Source: a virus
Lineage: Duplodnaviria > Caudoviricetes
DNA: 56,339 nt
IMG/VR virus record: IMGVR_UViG_3300037246_000311
Span: 1 to 56,339 of that record
Strand: one strand, 5' to 3'
Below, one piece after another: positions 46,398 through 55,466 of this stretch. The translations under genes and the position numbers were made by a program. The notes beneath the pieces were generated by a model. The model had not been told where the DNA came from. It saw nothing but the letters and a program-made list of their open reading frames with translations, and ran no database searches. The stretch's first letter is position 1, and every line of letters begins with the position of its first letter.

Positions 46398-46927
46398 TGA
46401 ACGAGGATACCAAAGACTACCCCGAGCAAGATACCGAAGAGGTAATCCTGTCTCGTGCCGGCAAGATCAAGCAGTGGTTCGAGATTGCGATGGCCACCAG
46501 GAAAGTTGCCATGCTGATCTGGGGCCTGGTGGTTGCCACTGGTGGATCCCTGGTTGTTGGCCAGGTCACCGATACAACTCCGATCCGCGATGCCGCGGTG
46601 GCGATCGGCCTGGTCGATGAAGCATCCAGGGACATCGTCGGCAATGACGCGATCTATGACGAGCTGTCGAATCTCATCGAGGATGTGGAGCGCCTGGACG
46701 CGCTGACGGCCCAGCTCCAGGAAGAGATGACCAAGCACGGCCACCCACTGCCCGAAGGAATAGCAGGAATAGCGGGAATAGCAGGCCCAGCTGGCCCACC
46801 AGGTCCGCAAGGTCCTCGAGGAGTAGCGGGAGCAGCAGGGCCTCCAGGAAGTGCAGCTGTGAGCGAGGCAGCAATCCGTGCCGAACTCGAGAAGCTCCTG
46901 CCACCAAACCACACGAGCCTACACTGA
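46397..46927 (+). CDS. membrane-anchored collagen-like protein
   Basis: TM helix, coiled coil, about 11 Gly-X-Y triplets. Confidence 0.7.
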   Translation: MNEDTKDYPEQDTEEVILSRAGKIKQWFEIAMATRKVAMLIWGLVVATGGSLVVGQVTDTTPIRDAAVAIGLVDEASRDIVGNDAIYDELSNLIEDVERLDALTAQLQEEMTKHGHPLPEGIAGIAGIAGPAGPPGPQGPRGVAGAAGPPGSAAVSEAAIRAELEKLLPPNHTSLH

Positions 46928-47160
46928 TGAGCAACGGCCAACAGCTTCCGGATCCAGCCACCAGGATCGTCAGGCCTCCGAAGGAACGCGCAGTCAGCGC
47001 ACTGCTCAAGTTCCTGGTGCTGCCTGGTGCTCGACCGAACCGTGCCGCCATCGAGGCGCACCTGCGAGTTGCTGCCAAGCTCACGCAGGGGCAAGTGGAT
47101 CGAAACCTGGTCAGGATGTACAACGAGTGCGTGACCCTGGGGGTGCTCAATGCTCGATGA
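46927..47160 (+). CDS. hypothetical protein
   Basis: TGATG junction. Confidence 0.55.
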   Translation: MSNGQQLPDPATRIVRPPKERAVSALLKFLVLPGARPNRAAIEAHLRVAAKLTQGQVDRNLVRMYNECVTLGVLNAR

Positions 47161-47263
47161 TCTTGAGTTCGATAACCTGATGGACCTGCTGGAAAAGGTT
47201 GCGCGGATGCCGGTCGATGAGATTATTCTGCCACTGGATCCTGGGGATTTTCCTCATGCCTGA
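47150..47263 (+). CDS. 37-aa acidic peptide (not in ORF track)
   Basis: MLDDLEFDNL...DFPHA*; bridges both neighbours. Confidence 0.35.
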   Translation: MLDDLEFDNLMDLLEKVARMPVDEIILPLDPGDFPHA

Positions 47264-48563
47264 AGTCATCATCGCCGTTGAAGAAGCCGACAACTTCTGG
47301 TCAACCTGGCAGCATGTGTTCCAGGGTCCGAACCAGACCTGGCTGAACAACAATGAGCGCATGACCATCGGCAACTTCTTCATTGGATTGCAAGCCCAGA
47401 CTGCTAACAGCTGGGACGCGCAGATCCCGCCGAACTCGGACATCACGGCAGCGACCATGGAGTACACGCCGTTCAATACCAATCTGAACCCACTGCCGTT
47501 CTCTGCCACCATGAACACACCGGATCGGTTTGGCGCGGATGCCCAGGGCCAGGATCCGCTTCATCTTCCATTCACGCCGTTCGAGGGCTGGCGCCGTGAC
47601 GCCTGGTCGAACCAGGAGATCGCTGTTGTCAGCACCACGTTTACTTTCATGGCGCAGCCAATCGGTTTCGATGTCGGCAACCGTGAGTGGGCGTTGCGCT
47701 TTGCTACTGTGGTTGGTGGCAGTCTCCCGCAGAGCGATCAACTGGCGCAGCTGATCACGCCCGTAGCAGGCAACACCGAGGTGCTGTTCATCTCCTACCA
47801 GATGCGACGATTCAACAATCCGACCGGCAATGTTATCTGCCACATCCAGGGCGTCACGATTGACCGCGGGGTCAACATACCGGACGGCGTTGATATTACC
47901 AATGGAACCAGCATACCGATTGCAGCCAGCACCTTGGCGCTCGTTCCCCTTCCATTGAGCGGCATCATTTTCCGCTTCACGACTAACCCGACACTGGTAG
48001 CCGGCCAGGATTACTTCCTGGTCATCACGGTCGAGTACGCAGCTGACTTTACTAACTTCATCTCTGTCGGCCACCTGAACGAGTTCCTGTCGAATGGTCA
48101 GCTGTACCACTTCGGTGACGGCCTGGGTCATGACTACCAGAACTACCCTGGCAATGTTGATTTGGATTTTGCCATTTCCAACAACCTCGTTACTCCGTAT
48201 GCCAGTGCCGATGTTCTCTGGCCAATCAACACCCAGGTCCTCGGTGTGGCCGAGACATCACCCGACATCAGTGCGCTGATCCAGGACCAGGTCAGTGCGC
48301 CTGGCTACTCGATTGACTCAGGCATCATCATCAATCTAAGCAGGGTCACCGATCCCAACCAGGGACGGTTCATCAGCGCCAACGCACATCTAACATTGCC
48401 TGGTGCGATTCTGCGGGTAACGTATGGAGATCCCATACCAGAGGGCGACGAGAGTGAGACCCACGACAGATTCAATAATCAGAGTGAACAGATCCATCGC
48501 GAAGACGATGATCTACTCATGATGACCCATGGCCTGGTGCAACTTTGCAACCGGCTACATTAA
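47256..48563 (+). CDS. beta-sandwich virion/adhesion protein (DNRLRE-like domain with an inserted domain)
   Basis: IP.NS.IT.AT ... SPDIS.LIQ..V..PGY ... L.VTY flanking a LAQ.IT...L.AGQ.Y.LVI module. Confidence 0.55.
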   Translation: MPEVIIAVEEADNFWSTWQHVFQGPNQTWLNNNERMTIGNFFIGLQAQTANSWDAQIPPNSDITAATMEYTPFNTNLNPLPFSATMNTPDRFGADAQGQDPLHLPFTPFEGWRRDAWSNQEIAVVSTTFTFMAQPIGFDVGNREWALRFATVVGGSLPQSDQLAQLITPVAGNTEVLFISYQMRRFNNPTGNVICHIQGVTIDRGVNIPDGVDITNGTSIPIAASTLALVPLPLSGIIFRFTTNPTLVAGQDYFLVITVEYAADFTNFISVGHLNEFLSNGQLYHFGDGLGHDYQNYPGNVDLDFAISNNLVTPYASADVLWPINTQVLGVAETSPDISALIQDQVSAPGYSIDSGIIINLSRVTDPNQGRFISANAHLTLPGAILRVTYGDPIPEGDESETHDRFNNQSEQIHREDDDLLMMTHGLVQLCNRLH

Positions 48564-48578
48564 CCCAGTGAGGAAAAT

Positions 48579-48830
48579 ATGACACAAGCAAACGTACAGA
48601 AACGAGACAAGAACAAGGTCAACAACGACAAGCCTGGTCCGGAGTCCCAGCTGCCGCAGATGCCGCAGGTCCAGATGATCAATGCGGTGGTCGTGCCGGT
48701 CGAGATCTTCGACAAGATGAAGCATGCCATCAAGTGCCTGCCCGTCAACGAAGTCGAGCTGCTGCTCGGTGCCATGAAGAACCTGCAGCCACAGCAGGTC
48801 ACCATGACACAGGCGCCAGGCCAGGGGTAA
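48579..48830 (+). CDS. hypothetical protein
   Basis: GAGG RBS; 83 aa. Confidence 0.55.
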   Translation: MTQANVQKRDKNKVNNDKPGPESQLPQMPQVQMINAVVVPVEIFDKMKHAIKCLPVNEVELLLGAMKNLQPQQVTMTQAPGQG

Positions 48831-48833
48831 GCC

Positions 48834-51800
48834 ATGCCATTAGACGCCTGCATCGCCAAGGTTGGAACACTGTCTGAAAACGACATTGCCTTCCTGCGCA
48901 AGGAGATCCTCGACGGCAGCACCGACGAGCAGGCGATTGCCAACCTCGAGGTCCTGGTCGAGCAGGAGGCCGAGGCCCTGGTCGCCAGGATCGAGGAAGC
49001 GGGTGGCACCATCGAGCGCGAGGCGCCACCTGTGGACCGGCCTGACGCTGCCGAAGCGGCATCGCTCGAGAACAACATCAAGCTGGCCGAGGCTACCAAG
49101 TACAACACCAACCGCGAACTGAAGGAGGTGATGCAGGCCAACGTGCTCCAGGCCTACCTGGAATCGCAGGGCTTCGAGGACACTGGCACTCTCGAGGAGC
49201 GCACCGCGGACAACGCCGCGCACCTGGCTGCAGTCGGTACCGCCGATGCAATCTTCGCGCTGCAGGACAACGCTGACGCTGTCGGCTGGTACGACAGGAC
49301 AGTGAGCAAGGCGCTCGAGGTCCTGGGTACCATCCACCCCGAGATCCTGACAGATCCCAACGCCAGGTTTGCATTCACCTTTGCCCTGGCTGTGACCAGC
49401 AACGGCATGAAGGTGGACAACAATTTCAAGATGGCTGAAGCCGCGTATCGTGCCTACAAGAAGGATGGCAAGATGCCGAACAACATCGGTGAGGGTACCG
49501 CTGGCGGCAAGATGAATGAGCACATGGACCTGTTCAATAAACTGGTTGATGAGATGGGCCTCGAGAACTTTGGCGCGATGTTCCAGAGCCAGTTCACTGT
49601 TGCCCAGCTGAAGCGGATGGACCTGGACCCAGGAGGTGAGCTGGTGGACACCGTAGTGTATGGTGCCGCGGTCCTCGGCCCCAAGATCGGCAACGGCTTC
49701 TTCATGAATCTCAACGGCGAGTACGACCAGCTGACCATGGACCGCTGGCTGATGCGGACCTGGGGCCGGTGGACTGGATCCCTGATCAAGGATCGACCTG
49801 ACCTGGTCGAGGCGAAGGTCGCTGACATGGAGAAGAAGCTGACCAGGATGTCGAAGGCCTCGAAGGCCTGGGGGTTTTTCCAGAAGACCCTCGACATGGA
49901 TCTCACCAACCATGGCAAGCCTGGTGGTCCGACCTACATCGAGATCGCACAGCGGATCCAGCTGAAGTCAGTCAACCCCGATTCCAGGTCCGACATGAAC
50001 CGCACTGTCATCGGTAGTCAGCTGCGCAAGCTGGGCAATGGCCTGGCCAAAGATGTGGACGGCCAGAAGGAGGCGCCACAGAACGGAACCGAGCGCAACT
50101 GGATCAGGGGAGTGTTCACTACCATCCTGGAAAACATGCATAACCAGGGCTATACTGATATGACGATGGCCGATCTCCAGGCCTTGTTGTGGTACCCAGA
50201 GAAGCGGCTCTACGACAAGGCAAAATCTGAAGAGGATGTGGCCAACGGTTACGACCTGGATGAGGCGCCCGACTACGCGAACGCTGCCGCTAAACTGGCA
50301 AAGGCGCGGGGCATCAAACCTGCCGCAATCAAGTCGGCACAACAACGAGCGGAGCAGCAACATGCGGATCAAGTCAGCGCAGGACGAGCAGCAGGAGAAC
50401 TTCCAGCACAAGCCGCGGAAGGGCAACCGGCAGCTGCTCGAGGCCTTGCTCGAAAAGAACGCAGCGCGTTCCTTAGAAGGAATATCCTCGTCCCAAATCG
50501 GGTTAGTCGAAGCGATAATGAGAAAGCTAAAAGTTACACGGCTCCGAGCCGAGGAACTCTTGGAAATGTACTCGGCGTAATACACAAACCCAGGCAGGAT
50601 TACTCCAACGAGTTAGCTGCAGCTGAAGTCACACCGATGACCATGGTGGAGATGGAAGCCACACCTGAGAACGCGGACCTCTTCGCGCAATCCATTCAGA
50701 ATATCAAGGACGCTCACCCCGAGGGTGCCGCGGTCTATGTGTACCCGACTGACGAGTACGCCGGCATGAAGCTGTTCGTGAACGAGGACCAGACTGCCGG
50801 CTTCGCCGTGAAGGCAGATGGCGACATCGTCAGCGTCTTCGCCGCACCGAATCGTGACGAGCCTGGTCGCGTCTACTCGATGCTGGCCCTGGCCGTCGAA
50901 CGCGCTGGCGGTACCAAGCTCGACGCATTCGACACCATCCTGCCCCAGGTCTACGCGATGGCCGGCTTCGTAGAAGTTGGTCGGGATCCCTGGGTAGAAA
51001 AATTCAAGCCAGCTGACTGGGACAAGGCGACCTTCATCGAGTACAACAACGGTGAGCCTGACATCGTCTACATGGAATATCAGAATGCTGTGCCTGAGTA
51101 CTTCGCGCAGTCTGATGTCAGCAAGGACGAGGCCCTGATCGAGATCGACAATGCCCTGGAAGATGGGTCCATCAAAATCACCCAGGCCGAGGCTGAAGCC
51201 CTGGTCGAAATGGGATTCACTCACCCCGATGTCCGGAGGACTGAAGATGACAAAGCTACTGAAGCAGCTGCTCGATCCCCAGAGGAAGCAGCCCAAGCCC
51301 GAGAAGATTACGCCGCAGCGACGAGCCGAACTGACAGCGAAGTATCTGCCGAGTTCGCAAGAGCGAAACGTGGCGAAGCTGTTACATTCCTCCACCGAAG
51401 CCATGTAGCTTTCTCGCACTTCGATGACGGGTACCTGGGCGGCAACACTGGCCGGCCTACCGCGCACCTGGGACACTTCCTGACTGCAATGTCTTACGAT
51501 GCGCCTGAGTTTGGCGACAACCTCGTTACCGTTACTTTCCAATTCAAGAAGCCCCTGGTCATCTCGTCCGAAGAGTTCGTCGCGATGGGCGACCGATCTA
51601 TCCAGGCAAACAAGCAGGACCGCCTCGACCTGATGGCCCAGGGCTATGACGGCATCCTGGTCGATGGCCTGGAGTGGGCGATCGCATTCGAGGGTAAAAA
51701 CCTGACGCTGGCGCACGACACATCAGGCCTCGAGTGGATGGAGGCTGAAGTGGAGAAGGGCGAGGGCTTCCTGGAACAGCCTGACCGCGGACGCTACTAC

Positions 51801-54800
51801 CCTGACGTCAGTGGCAAGCGCATCATCCAGCTGACCCAGGCTGCAGATCTCTCGACCTTCTTGCACGAGACCGGACACATGTTCCTGGATATTCAGCGGG
51901 TGTGGGTCGAGAAGTACGGCATCAACGAGAACCAGCAGGCCATGCTTGACTGGCTCGGCGTCGAGAGCTTCGAGGACATCACCAGGGAACAACACGAGAC
52001 CTGGGCCGAGACCTTCGAGGTCTACCTGCGCGAGGGCAAGGCGCCATCGATCGGCCTGCGCCGAGCGTTCGCATCATTCACTTCCTGGTTGAAGCGACTG
52101 TACCGGACGCTGTCGGATCCGCGGCTGACTCGTGCCAAGATGTCGCCTGAGATCACCGAGATCTTCGACCGCATGCTGGCCACCGAGGCTGAGATCGACC
52201 TGGCCGCGAGTACGCCTGAGTACGGTGAGCTGTTCCAATCCCAGGAGCAGGCCGGCATGACTGATGAGCAGTGGAAAAAGTACAAGAAGCTGGCCGAACG
52301 CAAGAACAAAACTGCCGAGGCCACGCTCGATGCCAAGGTGATGAAGCAGTACAAGCAAATGAAGTCGAAGGAGTGGGCAGCTGAGAAGGCGCCACTGGTC
52401 GAGGCCGAGGTCGAGCGCCTGGGCCAGGAGCCAATCCACCAGGCAATCGCTGAGATGTCTACGGACGAGGGCAAGGTGGACTGGCACATGCTGCGCGATG
52501 CGATCGGTGGCTGGCCGAACGGTAAGAACTGGATCGGCAAGGCTGTCGGTGGTGGCCAGGACCCTGGTCTCGTCGCTGAGAAGTACGGCTTCGCCAGCGT
52601 CAAAGACATGTACGAGCAGGTGAAGGAATCCCCGACAATGAAGCAGGCATCCGAGCAGGCTGCTGAAGAGATCATGGTCCAGCGCCACGGCGACATCCTC
52701 AACGATGGTACGCTCGAGCAGGAGGTCCGTGAGGCGATGCTGAACGATGACCAGGCCGAGCTGCTACTGATGGAGCTGAAGGCCGAGAACCGCAAGGCGC
52801 CGAAGATCAATCGGAAGAACCTCCAGCACGAGGCCGAGCTATTGATCGGGACCTACACCTACAAGGAGATCCGACCGAACAAGTTTTACAACCAGATGAT
52901 CAAGGCGGCGAAGGCTGCAGCTGCGGCTGTTGCCAAGGGCGAGGACGCCACCCCGCACAAGATCCAGCAGCTGGCGAACCACTACCTGTACAGGGCAGCG
53001 ATGGACGCCAGGACCAAGATGGAGAAGAGCCGCAAGTTCGTGAAGGCAGTGCAGAAACGGATCGAAGCCGGCAAGATGAAGCCCACCCAGGTGGACCTGC
53101 AATACATCCAGGCTATGGCCAACCTGTCCAAGGCCTACGACATGCGACTGAAGCCAGAGGAACGAGCGCAGTATGCTCGGAATGTCATGGACTTCTTCGA
53201 GGCCCAGACCAATCCCGAGAACAAGGACGAGGGCGATCTGGTAGGCCTGGAGATGCTGGACCCGAACGTGATCGCAGCCATCCAATTCCGACACAAGAAC
53301 GGCACCCTCGAGGGCTTCGAGCTGAAGACCTTTGACGAGATGACTGTCGGTGAGATGAAGGGCGTGGTCCTCATGCTCGAGCACCTGCGCTATGTCGGTG
53401 GCCAGATCGCATCGAAGGGCAGCGAGGAGGCTGCTGACATGCGCGAAGCCGGCCTCGAGTCCATCGATGAGAATGGTGGCAAGGATTATCCTGTCTCACC
53501 GAAGAAGGTACGCGCCGGCAAAATAGCCAGGCTGACCTGGGGAGACTACTGGGCATCACTGCCCTCGATCGTCAACATGGTCCGCAAGATGGATGGCTTC
53601 AAGGATGGGGGCTGGGCGTTCGAGAATATCCTCAAACCACTCCAGGCTGCGGTCGATAAAAAGTTCGAGCTGCAGATGCAGATGTTCAAGCAGATGGAGA
53701 CTTTCATGAGCGGGATCTCTGGCGTAGGCCTGCGCCAGGATGACGCGCTGCCATTCACAACCGAGGATGGCCTGGAGCAGGAGTACACCAGCGAGGAGAT
53801 CTTCATGCTGGCTGTCTACTGGGGAACCGAGTCCTCGAGGGCGGCAGTCATGGAGGGCCACGAGATCAACGAGAATGACGCCATGGCGTTGATGGAGCGG
53901 CTCACACCTGAACAGCTTGAGCTGGCCAACCAGGTCTGGGCGATGAATGAATCACAGTGGCCTGACCTGGCAAGAACAGCCAAGGCAATGATGGGTGTGG
54001 CGCCACCGAAACTGATGGCTACTCCGTTCACCGTCAACGGTGTGCAGATGACGGGTGGCCACATGCAGCTGATGTACACCAGCCAGAGCACTCAGCTGGC
54101 CGATGAACAAGAGCGAGGCATGCGGACCAGCAACGTGGTACCGATGGCGGCAGGATCCACCCACGCCAGGAAAGGATCCGGAGGCAGGGTCGTGAACCTC
54201 GATGCGAGTAACATCTCGATGTCGATTGAAGACAAGACGCAGTACATCGCCTTCTCTGAAGCCGGCAGGCACCTGCGATCAATCCTGAACAATCGCGAGA
54301 TCCAGGACATGATCGTGAAGAAGCACGGCGCCCCGTACTACCGGAACCTGGTGCATGCCGTGGCCGCGGTGGCCGCTGCCCAGCCGGCACAGGAATCTTC
54401 ACAATGGATTGCTCGAGCATCGAAGTGGGTACGCCAGTCAGCGACCTTGATGCACCTGGCCTACTCGTTTCGTAACGTGGCACAGCAGCCAGCTGCAGCA
54501 GCAGCGTCGATCAGGGAAGTCGGGATCATTCCGTTCATCCAGGGCGTGGGCATGTTTGGATCCAACTACTCAGCCATGACTAAAATGATCAAAGAGAAAT
54601 CCAAGTTCATGGAGAATCGTGCCGACCTGGTCAACCGTGAAGCGCGTGAGACCATGAAGAAAGTCATGGCGACTACGAAGTTCAGGATCACCTGGCGTGG
54701 CATCGAGGGGCAGTACTGGAATGCATTCAAGTCCTACGGCTTCATCATGCAGACCATGGTCGATTCAGCTGTGGCCTATCCCACCTGGTACGCGAAGTAC

Positions 54801-55466
54801 AACCTGGGCATCGAGGCGCACGGCGACGAGGCCAGGGCGGTCATCGAGGCTGACAGCGCGGTGGCCGAGTCAGTGGGATCTGGTTCCGACCTGCACCTGG
54901 GCCGGCTGCTGCAGAGCAACCAGACCGAGCTGGTGAAGAGCATGACGGTCTTCCAGTCCTGGTTCAACGCCTACTACCAGCGCCTGTACAAATCCTCGAA
55001 GGGTGGCGAAACTTTTCTTAACCCTGCCTTCTTGATGGAAGCCGTGGTGCTCCCCATAATAATCGCTAACCTGACACAGCTGGCAATCGGTGACTGGCCA
55101 GACGAGGAGGAGGAGTGGCACGAGTGGGCAACAAAGAACTACCTGAAGTTCATGATCGCGACCTTGCCATTGGTCAGGGAAGCCGGCTCGGTGTGGGAGG
55201 GATTCACCCCGACTTCACCGATCACCACCCTGGTCACCGCGCCGTTCAGATTGGAGAGCGAGATCGATTCCTACCTGGAAGGCAGGCAGACCCTGATGAA
55301 GCTCATGTCTGATGTTGGCAAGACCGTGACCTCGGTAGTACCAGCTCCTGGATCCGGGAACATCTGGCGCGTAATCGAGTACACCGATTCATTCAACCAG
55401 GGCAAAGAGGGCGACATCTACAACCCGTACCTGGCATTTACTGAGGGGGCTGACAAAGACAAATAA
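48834..55466 (+). CDS. large polyvalent internal virion protein (2210 aa)
   Basis: Glycosylase-like (GWY, GPKIG.FF.NL, T.DRW, LQA.LW), GNAT-like (LDAFD..LP..Y...GF), ART-like (H.S...F..FD, G.FLT, GYDGI) and zincin (STFLHETGH) modules, then a helical body. Confidence 0.85.
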   Translation: MPLDACIAKVGTLSENDIAFLRKEILDGSTDEQAIANLEVLVEQEAEALVARIEEAGGTIEREAPPVDRPDAAEAASLENNIKLAEATKYNTNRELKEVMQANVLQAYLESQGFEDTGTLEERTADNAAHLAAVGTADAIFALQDNADAVGWYDRTVSKALEVLGTIHPEILTDPNARFAFTFALAVTSNGMKVDNNFKMAEAAYRAYKKDGKMPNNIGEGTAGGKMNEHMDLFNKLVDEMGLENFGAMFQSQFTVAQLKRMDLDPGGELVDTVVYGAAVLGPKIGNGFFMNLNGEYDQLTMDRWLMRTWGRWTGSLIKDRPDLVEAKVADMEKKLTRMSKASKAWGFFQKTLDMDLTNHGKPGGPTYIEIAQRIQLKSVNPDSRSDMNRTVIGSQLRKLGNGLAKDVDGQKEAPQNGTERNWIRGVFTTILENMHNQGYTDMTMADLQALLWYPEKRLYDKAKSEEDVANGYDLDEAPDYANAAAKLAKARGIKPAAIKSAQQRAEQQHADQVSAGRAAGELPAQAAEGQPAAARGLARKERSAFLRRNILVPNRVSRSDNEKAKSYTAPSRGTLGNVLGVIHKPRQDYSNELAAAEVTPMTMVEMEATPENADLFAQSIQNIKDAHPEGAAVYVYPTDEYAGMKLFVNEDQTAGFAVKADGDIVSVFAAPNRDEPGRVYSMLALAVERAGGTKLDAFDTILPQVYAMAGFVEVGRDPWVEKFKPADWDKATFIEYNNGEPDIVYMEYQNAVPEYFAQSDVSKDEALIEIDNALEDGSIKITQAEAEALVEMGFTHPDVRRTEDDKATEAAARSPEEAAQAREDYAAATSRTDSEVSAEFARAKRGEAVTFLHRSHVAFSHFDDGYLGGNTGRPTAHLGHFLTAMSYDAPEFGDNLVTVTFQFKKPLVISSEEFVAMGDRSIQANKQDRLDLMAQGYDGILVDGLEWAIAFEGKNLTLAHDTSGLEWMEAEVEKGEGFLEQPDRGRYYPDVSGKRIIQLTQAADLSTFLHETGHMFLDIQRVWVEKYGINENQQAMLDWLGVESFEDITREQHETWAETFEVYLREGKAPSIGLRRAFASFTSWLKRLYRTLSDPRLTRAKMSPEITEIFDRMLATEAEIDLAASTPEYGELFQSQEQAGMTDEQWKKYKKLAERKNKTAEATLDAKVMKQYKQMKSKEWAAEKAPLVEAEVERLGQEPIHQAIAEMSTDEGKVDWHMLRDAIGGWPNGKNWIGKAVGGGQDPGLVAEKYGFASVKDMYEQVKESPTMKQASEQAAEEIMVQRHGDILNDGTLEQEVREAMLNDDQAELLLMELKAENRKAPKINRKNLQHEAELLIGTYTYKEIRPNKFYNQMIKAAKAAAAAVAKGEDATPHKIQQLANHYLYRAAMDARTKMEKSRKFVKAVQKRIEAGKMKPTQVDLQYIQAMANLSKAYDMRLKPEERAQYARNVMDFFEAQTNPENKDEGDLVGLEMLDPNVIAAIQFRHKNGTLEGFELKTFDEMTVGEMKGVVLMLEHLRYVGGQIASKGSEEAADMREAGLESIDENGGKDYPVSPKKVRAGKIARLTWGDYWASLPSIVNMVRKMDGFKDGGWAFENILKPLQAAVDKKFELQMQMFKQMETFMSGISGVGLRQDDALPFTTEDGLEQEYTSEEIFMLAVYWGTESSRAAVMEGHEINENDAMALMERLTPEQLELANQVWAMNESQWPDLARTAKAMMGVAPPKLMATPFTVNGVQMTGGHMQLMYTSQSTQLADEQERGMRTSNVVPMAAGSTHARKGSGGRVVNLDASNISMSIEDKTQYIAFSEAGRHLRSILNNREIQDMIVKKHGAPYYRNLVHAVAAVAAAQPAQESSQWIARASKWVRQSATLMHLAYSFRNVAQQPAAAAASIREVGIIPFIQGVGMFGSNYSAMTKMIKEKSKFMENRADLVNREARETMKKVMATTKFRITWRGIEGQYWNAFKSYGFIMQTMVDSAVAYPTWYAKYNLGIEAHGDEARAVIEADSAVAESVGSGSDLHLGRLLQSNQTELVKSMTVFQSWFNAYYQRLYKSSKGGETFLNPAFLMEAVVLPIIIANLTQLAIGDWPDEEEEWHEWATKNYLKFMIATLPLVREAGSVWEGFTPTSPITTLVTAPFRLESEIDSYLEGRQTLMKLMSDVGKTVTSVVPAPGSGNIWRVIEYTDSFNQGKEGDIYNPYLAFTEGADKDK
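50362..50580 (+). CDS. nested +1-frame gene inside the polyvalent protein (72 aa)
   Basis: GGAG 7 nt before the ATG; genome-typical GC3 codons shift into this frame. Confidence 0.5.
   Translation: MRIKSAQDEQQENFQHKPRKGNRQLLEALLEKNAARSLEGISSSQIGLVEAIMRKLKVTRLRAEELLEMYSA
51247..51408 (+). CDS. nested +1-frame gene inside the polyvalent protein (53 aa)
   Basis: GGAGGA 6 nt before the ATG; GC3-rich codons in this frame. Confidence 0.5.
   Translation: MTKLLKQLLDPQRKQPKPEKITPQRRAELTAKYLPSSQERNVAKLLHSSTEAM

Noticed and set aside
38296-54483. Long minus-strand ORFs (e.g. 38296..39378, 40873..41952, 48840..49913, 50613..51716)
   Set aside because: Antisense shadows of GC3-rich plus-strand genes; no recognisable motifs
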